From NCBI GenBank assembly GCA_965221695.1, contig OZ244905.1:608001-672000 (forward strand): a stretch of 64,000 nucleotides of DNA, written 5' to 3'. The number at the start of each line of letters is the position of its first letter. Within the stretch, counting starts at the first letter, position 1. Under the pieces are notes generated by a model. It did not search any database and had not been told where the DNA came from. It worked only from the letters and a program-made list of their open reading frames with translations. The position numbers were made by a program, and so were the translations under genes. The stretch is from Gammaproteobacteria bacterium. GTDB taxonomy: Bacteria; Pseudomonadota; Gammaproteobacteria; Eutrophobiales; Eutrophobiaceae. Below, piece by piece: positions 41,577-51,258 of this stretch.

Positions 41577-41610
41577 GATACTCTTATCTCTCAGTGTTAT
41601 CGGTTTATGA

Positions 41611-43311
41611 TCAGTGTTGCGAACGCAGTTCCGGCGGGAGCCATTCGTAGTGGGAAAAACGATTGGTCCAGCCGGTTTCGTATCCGGGTAAAGGAATGAC
41701 GCCGTTATCGGCTACATAGGCATCCCAAAGCGCTTGCATTTCAGCCAGTTTCTGAGGGTGATGCTCCGCCAAGTCAATGCTTTCTGCCGGATCCTCGGCC
41801 AGGTTGAACAGCGACCAGCGCCCCTCCGGTCCCCACGGCGCATTCATCCAGGTTATCTTCCAGTCACCCTGCACCACGCCCCTGCGGCCCATCATCACGT
41901 ACGCAAAATAGTCCTCCGGCGGGTGCGCCTGCGTGCTTGAACCGTGCAGGAACGCGCGCATCGACCTCCCTCTCATCGGCGGCATTGGCTCGCCATTGTC
42001 GGCAACGCCCGGATGCTCTACGCCGGCATAATCCAGCAAGGTAACAGGCAGGTCAAGGACGTTTGCTGGGGCGGACGACACCTCTCCTGCTTCAATACGG
42101 CCGGGAAAACGGAAAATGGCCGGTGTGCGAATCCCCCCTTCGGTAGGAAACCCCTTAAAATAACGCAACGGGGCGCTGCCGACATGCGCCCAGCCTGCCC
42201 CCAGCCAGGAATAGGAACCGGGCCTCCCCAGGTTCTCCTGGCTGACATCAAAGCGGCCCTCGGCCCAGTCAAAACCCGGTTGCCCATAAAAATCCAACGG
42301 ATTGCCCCCTTCCGCGCCGTTGTCGGAGAGGAAGATCACCAGCGTGTTGTCCGCCAGTCCCTCCCGCTCCAGGTATTCGAGGACTCTGCCAATATGAAAA
42401 TCCATGGCTTCCGTCATCGCCGCGTACACTTGCATGCGGCGGACTTCGAGGCTGCGCATGGTTTCATCCAGGTCATTCCATACCGGCCAGGCCGGATGCT
42501 GTTCTGCCGCGACCTGCTGTTCGCCAATCAGCCCGGTGTTACGCATCCGTTCGATGCGCGCGGCGCGCACGGCATCATAACCCTGTTCGTATACTCCGGC
42601 ATAGCGCTCGATATATTCATCCGGCGCGTGCAGTGGGTAATGTGGCGCAGTAAATGGCAAGTAGGCGAAAAAAGGCTTGCCGTCGGACCGATGACGGTCA
42701 ATATACTCCATAATCTTGTCGGCATAGTTCCTGGAGGAGTAAAAGTCATCGGGCAACTCAATCTCACGACCGTTTTCCACGTAAGTCACTGAGTCCAGTT
42801 CCAGCAATGACGGCGCCCTGTTGAAATGGGAACCGCTACCCTCCACCAGCACGAAAGATTCCTCGAACCCGCGCCGGTCGGGCCACAGGACCGGGTTGCC
42901 ATGCCCGCCCATGTCCCATTTGCCGGCGATATAGGTATGGTAGCCATCGCCGTGTAACACGTTGGCGATGGTCGTCACCCGGTCTGTGAGGTAGGTCTCA
43001 TAACCCGGTTGTCCGCGTATCGCCGGCGTAAACTCCCCGGCCATGGTGCCGTAGCCGGCAGGGTGGCTGTCGGCGCCGGTGAGCAGCATCGCGCGGGTGG
43101 GTGAGCACAACATGTGCACCCGGAAATGGGTCATCAGCATGCCCTGGGCCGCGAGCCGGTCGATATTGGGCGTGCGGATCTCACTGCCCATCACTCCGAT
43201 GTCCGAATACCCCATATCATCCGCGAGGATGACCAGGAAGTTGGGGCGTTCGGGTTGTTTGCCGGTACAGGCGACCAGCAGACAGGCGGCACATAGCAAC
43301 GACAACCGCAT
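41611..43311 (-). CDS. Arylsulfatase (AtsA-like), predicted lipoprotein
   Basis: PNFLVILADDMG, CSPTRAMLLTG, GKWDMG, APHYPL, SDNG; lipobox LVAC; start at ATG 43311 (43356 possible). Confidence 0.92.
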   Translation of the reverse strand: MRLSLLCAACLLVACTGKQPERPNFLVILADDMGYSDIGVMGSEIRTPNIDRLAAQGMLMTHFRVHMLCSPTRAMLLTGADSHPAGYGTMAGEFTPAIRGQPGYETYLTDRVTTIANVLHGDGYHTYIAGKWDMGGHGNPVLWPDRRGFEESFVLVEGSGSHFNRAPSLLELDSVTYVENGREIELPDDFYSSRNYADKIMEYIDRHRSDGKPFFAYLPFTAPHYPLHAPDEYIERYAGVYEQGYDAVRAARIERMRNTGLIGEQQVAAEQHPAWPVWNDLDETMRSLEVRRMQVYAAMTEAMDFHIGRVLEYLEREGLADNTLVIFLSDNGAEGGNPLDFYGQPGFDWAEGRFDVSQENLGRPGSYSWLGAGWAHVGSAPLRYFKGFPTEGGIRTPAIFRFPGRIEAGEVSSAPANVLDLPVTLLDYAGVEHPGVADNGEPMPPMRGRSMRAFLHGSSTQAHPPEDYFAYVMMGRRGVVQGDWKITWMNAPWGPEGRWSLFNLAEDPAESIDLAEHHPQKLAEMQALWDAYVADNGVIPLPGYETGWTNRFSHYEWLPPELRSQH

Positions 43312-43344
43312 TGTCAGCCGGAAAGACAAGAAGGGAAAGGATTT

Positions 43345-43392
43345 ACTGCCCCTCATGGCATAACGCAGGCCGTAATACGCACGAGGGGCAGG
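43345..43392. terminator. Stem-loop between the TonB receptor and the arylsulfatase
   Basis: CTGCCCCTC...GAGGGGCAG inverted repeat with a long loop. Confidence 0.35.
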
Positions 43393-43407
43393 TTTTTGTT
43401 CGCTATA

Positions 43408-45702
43408 TCAGAAACTGTAGGAAATGCTTCCGCCGAACCACTGCGGTGGACCGTATATCTCCTCAAGGAATTCGGCCAGGCCCAGATCAACCAGGTAAAT
43501 CCGGTATTCCGTATCAGTCAGGTTCTTGGCCCATACTGAGGCTTTCCATTTTCCATCGTCGGTAGTATAGGACATGCTGGCGTTGAGGATGCCGTACCCT
43601 TTTTCATGGTTGACCTCATTCTTGGCGCTGTACAGATAATGATCGCCGTAAATGAACCCGTCAAGTTGTATGGCCATGGAACCGCCAGGCGCCTGCCAGG
43701 TATGCCGTCCGAGGAAATTGAAGCTGATATCAGGCGCCTGCGGCAGATCACCTTCAACAAAAAACTCGCCAAATACAGTCGGTGTCTCGTCCACTTTGCT
43801 GGACATCAGCGCTACGCCAAAATTGAAATCCCAGTTATCCGAAGGCGACAAGGCCAACTCAATCTCACCGCCATAAGCCTTGGCGTCGGAATTAAGCACG
43901 TCAGGTTGCAGCGCTATCAGGGAGAAAACCTGATAATCATTATAGTCATAGTAGAAGCCGGTTGCGTTCAGGCGGCCGGTACCGTTGAATATGGTGAATT
44001 TACCACCCACCTCATAGGACCACAACACCTCCTCATCATGTTTGATCACGTCAGATACATCCACAGGGCCGCGAAAATCGGGTACGGTAGCCACAGCCCA
44101 GTTACCGCCCTTTATGCCGCGATTGACGGAGGCAAACAGCAAGGTGTCGTCGTTGGGACGGAAATCAAGCTGGAAGCGTGCGGCCCAGTCATTGTAAGAG
44201 ATTGTTGACTGTGCGGTATTGAATGGGCTGGTCCTGGCAATCTCGTCGGTGATATATGTATTACCTTGAGCAGCCTGGGAAGCAGCAAAAGCGACATACC
44301 CGGCGTCATCAACATCTGAGAAGGTAGACGTATAATCAAAATCTTTGTCATCCTCGGACCAGCGCAGCCCGACGATGAAAGTCAGTTGTTCAGTAAGATC
44401 ATATTCAGCCTGTCCGAAGATCGACCAGTTCTCCGAATTCTGTTCATAAGGCGCAAATATCACACCCGTTGGAGAAGCAGTGAGGATTGAACCGGTAACG
44501 GATGCGGTGTTGCTCATGGACTGGTCGAAGTAGAAACCACCCACGGTCCAGCGCATGCGATCGGCTTCGCCCGATACACGTATTTCCTGGGTCCATGCTT
44601 CAAAATCTGCGGTGGTGATAAACTGGAACCGGTCGGTGATGAAGGGGCCGGCATCCGCGTCTTCAGTATAATACTTGTCGAAGGTCTGGTAATTTGTGAT
44701 CGATTCCACCTTCATGCTGTCGCTTACATCCCAAACGAACTTGGCAGTCACGTTCCAGCCATCCCGATTCATACTTCCTTGATCATCCGAATAATGACTG
44801 CGCGGGTCACTACTGGGTATGCCCGTAATTGGATCGCTGGGCGGCCCGGTCGGGATTCCAAAACCCGTCCCTCCCTCAAAATCAGCAGTAGCAGGAGTCC
44901 ATGTATAGGTTCCGGTAGGCACGTCATTGTCTTCCATGTAGGTAACGCGCAAATCCGCAAGCGCTTGATCACTCAAATCGATCTGCAGGGAACCGCGTAG
45001 CACGAAACCGTTGGCGCCGTGGGAATCCCTGACAGTAGGCTCACCGTTCGCCTCCAGAAAATCATCGCTCAACGCTTCCACGTAACCGTCACCTTTTTCC
45101 CAGCGTCCGGCAAAACGCGCACGTATGTTATCACTTAACGCACCGCCTACCGCGCCTTCCACGTATTTGCGGTCATACTCTGCATAGGATGCCTCGATAT
45201 AGCCATTGACCTCCTCCTCTGTCGCGCCCCGGGTTACGTACTGCACCACACCACCCGTGGCATTACGCCCGAATAAGGTGCCCTGGGGGCCGCGCAACAC
45301 CTCCACACGCTCTATATCAAACATCTGCTGACCTACCATATTCATGCTGGAGATATAGGCCTCGTCGATGTAAGCGGCGACAGGCGCTTCAAGGTTGTCC
45401 TGGAAATTACTCTGCGAGATGCCGCGAATATTCAGGATAACCAGCGAAGGTGTGTAAGTAAAAAACTGCATCGACGGCACCTGCTGGGTGATATCGATGG
45501 TATTGCTGAAATTCAGGTTCTTTATCAAATCCCCACTGAACGCGGTCACTGCGATGCCGACATCCTGCATGCTCTGCTCGCGTTTCTGTGCGGTAACAAT
45601 GACCTCCTCAAGCAATTGCGCGCCGGCAAATGGTGTGGAGAACAGCAAGGCGCAGCTACAGAGGCCCGCCCATAAGGGTTTAACTTGTTTGAATAAAGAC
45701 AT
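43408..45702 (-). CDS. TonB-dependent receptor
   Basis: LEEVIVTAQKREQ, VEVLRGPQGTLFGRNATGG, terminal YSF. Confidence 0.93.
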   Translation of the reverse strand: MSLFKQVKPLWAGLCSCALLFSTPFAGAQLLEEVIVTAQKREQSMQDVGIAVTAFSGDLIKNLNFSNTIDITQQVPSMQFFTYTPSLVILNIRGISQSNFQDNLEAPVAAYIDEAYISSMNMVGQQMFDIERVEVLRGPQGTLFGRNATGGVVQYVTRGATEEEVNGYIEASYAEYDRKYVEGAVGGALSDNIRARFAGRWEKGDGYVEALSDDFLEANGEPTVRDSHGANGFVLRGSLQIDLSDQALADLRVTYMEDNDVPTGTYTWTPATADFEGGTGFGIPTGPPSDPITGIPSSDPRSHYSDDQGSMNRDGWNVTAKFVWDVSDSMKVESITNYQTFDKYYTEDADAGPFITDRFQFITTADFEAWTQEIRVSGEADRMRWTVGGFYFDQSMSNTASVTGSILTASPTGVIFAPYEQNSENWSIFGQAEYDLTEQLTFIVGLRWSEDDKDFDYTSTFSDVDDAGYVAFAASQAAQGNTYITDEIARTSPFNTAQSTISYNDWAARFQLDFRPNDDTLLFASVNRGIKGGNWAVATVPDFRGPVDVSDVIKHDEEVLWSYEVGGKFTIFNGTGRLNATGFYYDYNDYQVFSLIALQPDVLNSDAKAYGGEIELALSPSDNWDFNFGVALMSSKVDETPTVFGEFFVEGDLPQAPDISFNFLGRHTWQAPGGSMAIQLDGFIYGDHYLYSAKNEVNHEKGYGILNASMSYTTDDGKWKASVWAKNLTDTEYRIYLVDLGLAEFLEEIYGPPQWFGGSISYSF

Positions 45703-45747
45703 CAGACTTATCCTCCTGCTGGTTCATCTTTTTTAGTTATGATGGTA

Positions 45748-45812
45748 TTGTACTACAAAGATGCGCTGTTGAGAATCAAAATATTGACTTTTTAAACAAA
45801 ATTGTTGTACAA
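45748..45812. promoter_or_regulatory. Two TTGT-N3-ACAA operators (GntR/FadR-like) in a divergent promoter
   Basis: TTGTACTACAA at 45748 and TTGTTGTACAA at 45802; same motif recurs at 57523, 57610 and 57674. Confidence 0.6.
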
Positions 45813-45853
45813 AAATCACATGCTTTTACCCTAATACCGTAATTTTGCCACCA

Positions 45854-46855
45854 ATGACGCAGAATCTCACTGAACAAAACCCCGATACAAAGCAAATGTT
45901 GGCGATGTACCGCGCCATGCTGCTGATCCGGCGCGCCGAGGAACGGCTGCGGGATGATTTCCATGCCGGCGAGCTGCCAGGCGGCGTACACCTGTATATC
46001 GGCCAGGAAGCCATCGCCGCAGGCGTTTGCGCGCACCTGAATAACGCCGATCCCATTGCCAGCACCCACCGTGGCCATGGACACTACCTTGCAAAAGGCG
46101 GCGACCTGGAGGCCATGTTGGCGGAAGTGTATGCCCGTGAAACCGGAATCTGCAAAGGTATGGGTGGGTCCATGCATGTGGCAGATTTTTCCAGGGGCAT
46201 TATCGGCGCCAACGGTATCGTGGGCGGTGGTCTGGCCATTAGCGCCGGCGCCGCATTCGCCGCACAACTGGACCGCAAGGGCGGGGTCGCGGTGTGTTTC
46301 TTCGGCGACGGCGCGGCCAACCAGGGCATGTTCATGGAGACACTGAACGTTGCCACGTTATGGAAACTGCCGCTGCTGCTGGTATGCGAGCATAACTGCT
46401 ATTCCGAATTTTCCCCTTCCGACACGGTGACCGCCGGCGAAATCGCCGATCGCGCCAGGGCTTTCGATATACCTTGCAACGTGGTGGACGGGAACGATGC
46501 CATCGCCGTCTGGCAAGCTGCCGGCGCCGCAGTGGAACTGGCGCGCAACGGGGGCGGCCCGTCCTTTATCGAAGCGAAAACCTACCGTATCTACGGTCAT
46601 AACGAAAGCGAGACACACTGGCTTAGCGGCAAATACCGGGAGGAGGACGAGATTGAGCCATGGCGCCGGCGCGACCCCATCGAACGTCTGGGCAATCTGA
46701 TGCTGGAAAACGGAGTTTGCGCAAAAAATGATCTTGCAGCCATCGACGCCGAGATTGGCGCACTGGTTGCCGCAGCCGCCAAGAACGCCGCCGCGGCCGG
46801 CGCGCCGGACCCGCAACTGCCGCACCAACTGATGTTTTCCGAACAACCTGCTTGA
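45854..46855 (+). CDS. TPP-dependent dehydrogenase E1 alpha (AcoA-like)
   Basis: HLYIGQEA, STHRGHGH, GGSMH, FFGDGA...N motif, TYRIYGH. Confidence 0.9.
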   Translation: MTQNLTEQNPDTKQMLAMYRAMLLIRRAEERLRDDFHAGELPGGVHLYIGQEAIAAGVCAHLNNADPIASTHRGHGHYLAKGGDLEAMLAEVYARETGICKGMGGSMHVADFSRGIIGANGIVGGGLAISAGAAFAAQLDRKGGVAVCFFGDGAANQGMFMETLNVATLWKLPLLLVCEHNCYSEFSPSDTVTAGEIADRARAFDIPCNVVDGNDAIAVWQAAGAAVELARNGGGPSFIEAKTYRIYGHNESETHWLSGKYREEDEIEPWRRRDPIERLGNLMLENGVCAKNDLAAIDAEIGALVAAAAKNAAAAGAPDPQLPHQLMFSEQPA

Positions 46856-46863
46856 ATACCATC

Positions 46864-47847
46864 ATGGCAAAGAAACGACTCATACAAGCCATCAACGACA
46901 CCTTGTTTGCCGAGATGGAACGCGATCCGAAGATCATCCTGTTCGGCGAAGATGTGGAGATCAGCATGTTCGGCGACACCAAGGGATTGCATCAACGCTT
47001 CGGCCCGGACCGGATCCGCAACACGCCCATCTGTGAAGCCACGCTTACCGGCATGGCAGTCGGCGCCGCAGCCAGCGGCTACCGGGTAATCCTGCACCTG
47101 ATGTTCTCCAATTTTATTTACACCGGTTTTGACGCGATCGCCAACCAGATGGCGAAACTGCGGCTGATGACCGGCGGCCAGATAAAACTGCCCATCACTG
47201 TCCTTGCGAGTATCGGCGGGGGTCGCTCAACCGCTGCGCAGCATTCCGATACGCCTTATCCGCTGCTGATGAACCTGGGCGGCGTCAACGTGGTCGTCCC
47301 GTCCACACCGACGGATGCGGCGGGATTGCTGAGGACTGCAATACGGGGCGATAACCCGACCTTTTACCTGGAGGCCGGCGGCCGCGGCGGCGAACGGGGT
47401 GAAATGCCGGATGGTGATTTCACCATTCCGTTCGGTTCGGCGCAGGTACGCAGACCGGGCGCAGACGTTACCCTGGTCAGTGTCGGCGCGATGATGAAAC
47501 CGACCTTGCAGGCCGCACAAGCGTTGGCTGAAAACAATATAGACGCGGAAGTGATCGACTGCCGCACCCTGGTGCCGCTGGACACCGATACCATCATCAC
47601 CTCGGTGGCCAAAACCGGCCGTGTTGTTATCGTTGATGAAGCCCGCGACCGGTGCAGTGCGGCCAGCCATATTGCTGCGGTGGTCAGCGATGAGGGCTTT
47701 GCGCACCTGAAGGCGCCGGTCAAACGCGTCACAGTCCCGAATATCGCGATGCCTTACGCCCCCGACGCGGAGAAAGCGGCCATTCCGAACCCGGAGCGAA
47801 TCGCCGCAGTCACCGAATCCCTTGTCAACAATACGGAAACTGAATGA
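46864..47847 (+). CDS. TPP-dependent dehydrogenase E1 beta (AcoB-like)
   Basis: FGEDV, RNTPICE, AAQHS, EVIDCRTLVPLD. Confidence 0.9.
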   Translation: MAKKRLIQAINDTLFAEMERDPKIILFGEDVEISMFGDTKGLHQRFGPDRIRNTPICEATLTGMAVGAAASGYRVILHLMFSNFIYTGFDAIANQMAKLRLMTGGQIKLPITVLASIGGGRSTAAQHSDTPYPLLMNLGGVNVVVPSTPTDAAGLLRTAIRGDNPTFYLEAGGRGGERGEMPDGDFTIPFGSAQVRRPGADVTLVSVGAMMKPTLQAAQALAENNIDAEVIDCRTLVPLDTDTIITSVAKTGRVVIVDEARDRCSAASHIAAVVSDEGFAHLKAPVKRVTVPNIAMPYAPDAEKAAIPNPERIAAVTESLVNNTETE

Positions 47848-48086
47848 AAGTCAAACTGAAACTCGCCCAGGTGGGCATGAACATGGAAACCGCCACCATC
47901 GTCGCCTGGCACAAACAGCCGGGCGAAAGCTTCAGCAAAGGCGACTCCTTGTACGAGATCGAGACGGAGAAAGTGGCCCAGGAGGTCGAGGCGCCGGGAG
48001 ACGGAAGCCTGTTGGAAATTCTGGTGGCTGAAGACGAGGACGCGGATGTGGGCCAAGAGGTCTGTGTGGTGGAAATGGAACTCTGA
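47844..48086 (+). CDS. Stand-alone lipoyl-carrier domain
   Basis: 80 aa with EIETEKV lipoyl-lysine motif; ATGA overlap with E1 beta; no E2 catalytic domain follows. Confidence 0.88.
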   Translation: MKVKLKLAQVGMNMETATIVAWHKQPGESFSKGDSLYEIETEKVAQEVEAPGDGSLLEILVAEDEDADVGQEVCVVEMEL

Positions 48087-48140
48087 TGCAGGACTACTTT
48101 TCCGAACCCATGAACAATCTTATTTAAACGTAGATAATTT

Positions 48141-48902
48141 ATGATAAACAAGAATATAGCTATATTTATTATTGTCATTTCTAGCTTTATCTCACAAGTT
48201 GGCGCTGATGAATATGCAGAGATGCAACAACGCATCGAACGGCAGCAGCAAGCGCCGGATCGGCATAAATGGGATTTCCGCCGGGATGCGCCAAGAAAAC
48301 CCTTTGAGACGTTCAAATTCCTCGGCCTGAAACCGGGCATGGCGGTGATGGACGTGGGCGCCGCCGCTGGCTATACCACCGAAATGTTGGCCGCGGCTGT
48401 AGGCCCCGAAGGCAAGGTTTACTCACAGAACCGGGCGCGGGTGCTGTATAAGTATGCCGACGGCTACTACCAGCGAACGATGGATGAACGGCTGGCGAAC
48501 AATCGCCTGCCGAACGTTGTCCTGCACGTGAAGGAATACGACGACCTGGGTTTGGATGAGGGACTGGACCTGGCCTTCTGGGGAAACAATTTCCACGATT
48601 ATTACTATCATGAAGAAGGCGAAACCACCGCCCTGGAAGTCCTGCTCAGCATCAAAAAGACCTTGAAACCCGGCGGGGTTCTCGGCATTACCGACCATGT
48701 CGGCATCGCAGACCAGGACAACCGTGCCCTGCACCGGATTGAACCGGACATTATCCGGGGTGCACTGAAACAAGCGGGGTTCGTTATCGAGGCCGAGTCC
48801 GACCTGTTTGCAAACCCGGAAGACGATTACACACTGGACGTCTACAACGAGGAGGTTTACCTGAAGACCGACCGGGCGCTGATACGCGCCAGGAAGCCCT
48901 GA
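48141..48902 (+). CDS. Exported class I SAM-dependent methyltransferase
   Basis: Signal peptide; RKPFETFKFLGLKPGM, DVGAAAGY, LKPGGVLGITDH. Confidence 0.82.
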   Translation: MINKNIAIFIIVISSFISQVGADEYAEMQQRIERQQQAPDRHKWDFRRDAPRKPFETFKFLGLKPGMAVMDVGAAAGYTTEMLAAAVGPEGKVYSQNRARVLYKYADGYYQRTMDERLANNRLPNVVLHVKEYDDLGLDEGLDLAFWGNNFHDYYYHEEGETTALEVLLSIKKTLKPGGVLGITDHVGIADQDNRALHRIEPDIIRGALKQAGFVIEAESDLFANPEDDYTLDVYNEEVYLKTDRALIRARKP

Positions 48903-48930
48903 TACCGAACTTCTCAGGAAAACATATCAG

Positions 48931-50631
48931 ATGAAACGCACGTTCCTGTCAGCTATTGCCCTCACCTTGCTGTGCTCTGTTGCGGCCTGCTCCGGCCCCG
49001 ACCCTGATACCCCCGATGGCGCGGATTCACGACCTAACGTGCTGCTCATCGTTGTCGATGACGTGGCGTTCAATGACCTTGGTCTGCTTGGCAGTGAAAT
49101 CAGGACACCCAACATTGATGCGTTGGCGCGGGAAGGCGTTTTTCTCACCAATTTTCACGTAGCGCCCAACTGTTCGCCCACGCGGGCGATGCTGTTTTCC
49201 GGAACCGACAGCCACAATGCCGGCCTCGGCAATATGTTTGAAGACCTCGCGCCCAACCAGGAAGGCAATCCGGGGTATGAAGGTTACTTGAACTTTCAGG
49301 TGGCGGCCCTCTCGGAACTGTTCCTGGAAGCCGGCTACAACACGTACATGACCGGCAAGTGGCACCTGGGGCTGACGCAGGAAACCAGCCCTGCGGCGCG
49401 GGGTTTTGAAAAATCCTATGGCTCGCTGCAGGGGGGCGCCGGCGCGTTCGGCAATATGCTGCCGATCATCGGTCCGGGCAAAGCCCTGTACCGGGAAAAC
49501 GGCGTGCAACTGGAAACGTTGCCGGAGGACTTTTATACCACCCGGTTCTATACCGAACTGATGATGGACTATATCGGCAGTGACCTGGATGACGGCAAGC
49601 CATTTTTCGCCTACCTGGCCTATACCTCGCCCCATTGGCCACTGCAAGCGCCGCAGGAGTCCATTGCCCGCTACCAGGGCGTTTACGATGCCGGTTACGA
49701 TGCCCTGGTTGAACAGCGTCTGCAGAACCTGAAGGACCGGGGACTGGTCGATGCCGACACCGAACCGTTTCCCCGGCTGCTTGACGAGCGCCCCTGGAGC
49801 AAACTCAGCCCCGAGGAACAACGCTACCAGGCCAAAATAATGGAAATCTACGCGGCCATGGTTGACGATGTGGACGTGTATATCGGCAGGATCATCGATT
49901 ATCTGAAGCAGATTGGGGAATACGAAAATACCGTTATCTTCTTCATGTCTGACAATGGCCCCGAAGGCCATGCGATGCAGCGCTCTTTTATTGAAGTAGC
50001 CGAATGGGCGGCGGCCTGCTGCGATAACAGTTATGAGAATATCGGCAATGCCGATTCCTATGTCTGGCTCGGCCCAAACTGGGCGCGGGCGGGAAACACA
50101 CCGCTGCGCATGTTCAAGGGCTATACCAGCCAGGGCGGTGTGCGGGCGCCGGCTTTTTTTCATTACCCGCGCGCCATCCAGGGTACGGTCATGAACGATT
50201 CGATCATTACCGTAAAAGACGTCATGCCGACCCTGCTGGAACTTGCCGGGATCGCGCACCCCGGCGGCAGGACGTTCCAGGGGCGGGAGGTGATAGCCAT
50301 GCAAGGCCGTTCCATCGTGCCGATCCTGACCGGCGCGAGCGCTTCAATCAGGGAGCCGGATGATTACATGGGCTGGGAGCTGTTTGGCAAACAGGCCATC
50401 CGCCAGGGCGATTGGAAGATCCTGTACGTACCCAGCATTCCGACCCGGGACGCGCGCCTGCCGGTCATGAAACCGGGCCAATGGCAGTTGTACAACCTCG
50501 CAGACGACCCGGCGGAAATGAACGACCTGGCGGACACCAACCCTGACAAACTGCGGGAAATGCTGGCATTGTGGGAACGGTACACCACGGAGAACCACTT
50601 TATCTATCCGGATACGCTTACCGGTTATTGA
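48931..50631 (+). CDS. Arylsulfatase (AtsA-like), predicted lipoprotein
   Basis: PNVLLIVVDD, CSPTRAML, GKWHLG, SPHWPLQAP, SDNG, GWELFG; lipobox VAAC. Confidence 0.93.
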   Translation: MKRTFLSAIALTLLCSVAACSGPDPDTPDGADSRPNVLLIVVDDVAFNDLGLLGSEIRTPNIDALAREGVFLTNFHVAPNCSPTRAMLFSGTDSHNAGLGNMFEDLAPNQEGNPGYEGYLNFQVAALSELFLEAGYNTYMTGKWHLGLTQETSPAARGFEKSYGSLQGGAGAFGNMLPIIGPGKALYRENGVQLETLPEDFYTTRFYTELMMDYIGSDLDDGKPFFAYLAYTSPHWPLQAPQESIARYQGVYDAGYDALVEQRLQNLKDRGLVDADTEPFPRLLDERPWSKLSPEEQRYQAKIMEIYAAMVDDVDVYIGRIIDYLKQIGEYENTVIFFMSDNGPEGHAMQRSFIEVAEWAAACCDNSYENIGNADSYVWLGPNWARAGNTPLRMFKGYTSQGGVRAPAFFHYPRAIQGTVMNDSIITVKDVMPTLLELAGIAHPGGRTFQGREVIAMQGRSIVPILTGASASIREPDDYMGWELFGKQAIRQGDWKILYVPSIPTRDARLPVMKPGQWQLYNLADDPAEMNDLADTNPDKLREMLALWERYTTENHFIYPDTLTGY

Positions 50632-50632
50632 A

Positions 50633-51091
50633 TCAAGCTAAAGATGGGAAACCTCCTGCCGGCTTGATAAGTTCCAACAGGTTTCCGAACGGATCGCGGC
50701 AATAAACACAGGTTATTCCCAGTTCGTTGGTAACAGGCTCGTTCATTTTTGCGCCGCCCAGTTCAATCACCTGAGCCAGCGCCTGCGCGACATCCTCCAC
50801 CTGGAAACACAAGTGCCGGATACCGTAATCATTGGCATTGAGCAAAGCCGGATCGATTGTTGACTGCGGTTGCTCGTATTCAAACAGCTCCAGGTAGCCA
50901 TTGGGTCCTTCCAGCATACAAAACCTGGCGCTGGTTCCGGACATGCCGATGATCTGATTGAAAATTGACGATTTGTCCCAGTGTGACTCCCGTATCTTTT
51001 CATAGCCCACCAGTTCCGAATAAAACCGCACGGCCTTTTCCAGGTCCGGCACGACGATGGCGGCGTGGTGAAACCTGATCACATTTGCCAT
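50633..51091 (-). CDS. VOC/glyoxalase family protein
   Basis: HHAAIVVPDLE, LELFEY, HLCFQV, RDPFGNLLEL. Confidence 0.88.
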   Translation of the reverse strand: MANVIRFHHAAIVVPDLEKAVRFYSELVGYEKIRESHWDKSSIFNQIIGMSGTSARFCMLEGPNGYLELFEYEQPQSTIDPALLNANDYGIRHLCFQVEDVAQALAQVIELGGAKMNEPVTNELGITCVYCRDPFGNLLELIKPAGGFPSLA

Positions 51092-51095
51092 TTAA

Positions 51096-51245
51096 GGAAC
51101 CTCTGATATGTCAGAGGTTCCTACGATACAAGGATGTATCGTCAATATCAATGACTGTAAAGCATTGATATTGTGAGGAAAACAAAAATCGCATTTTTGT
51201 TTTCCGTACTCTGACAAGTCCAGGACGGACTTGTTCAGAGTTTCC
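51096..51245. mobile_element. 150-bp five-hairpin MITE with TTAA direct repeats
   Basis: TTAA-GGAACCTCTGA...TCAGAGTTTCC-TTAA; homologous to 54973-55123. Confidence 0.85.
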
Positions 51246-51258
51246 TTAATTTTATTCC

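Noticed and set aside
40560-41699. Long antisense ORFs (e.g. 379 aa here, 425 aa at 49027, 354 aa at 60535)
   Set aside because: They lie opposite well-supported genes and lack motifs; typical shadow ORFs of GC-rich codon usage.
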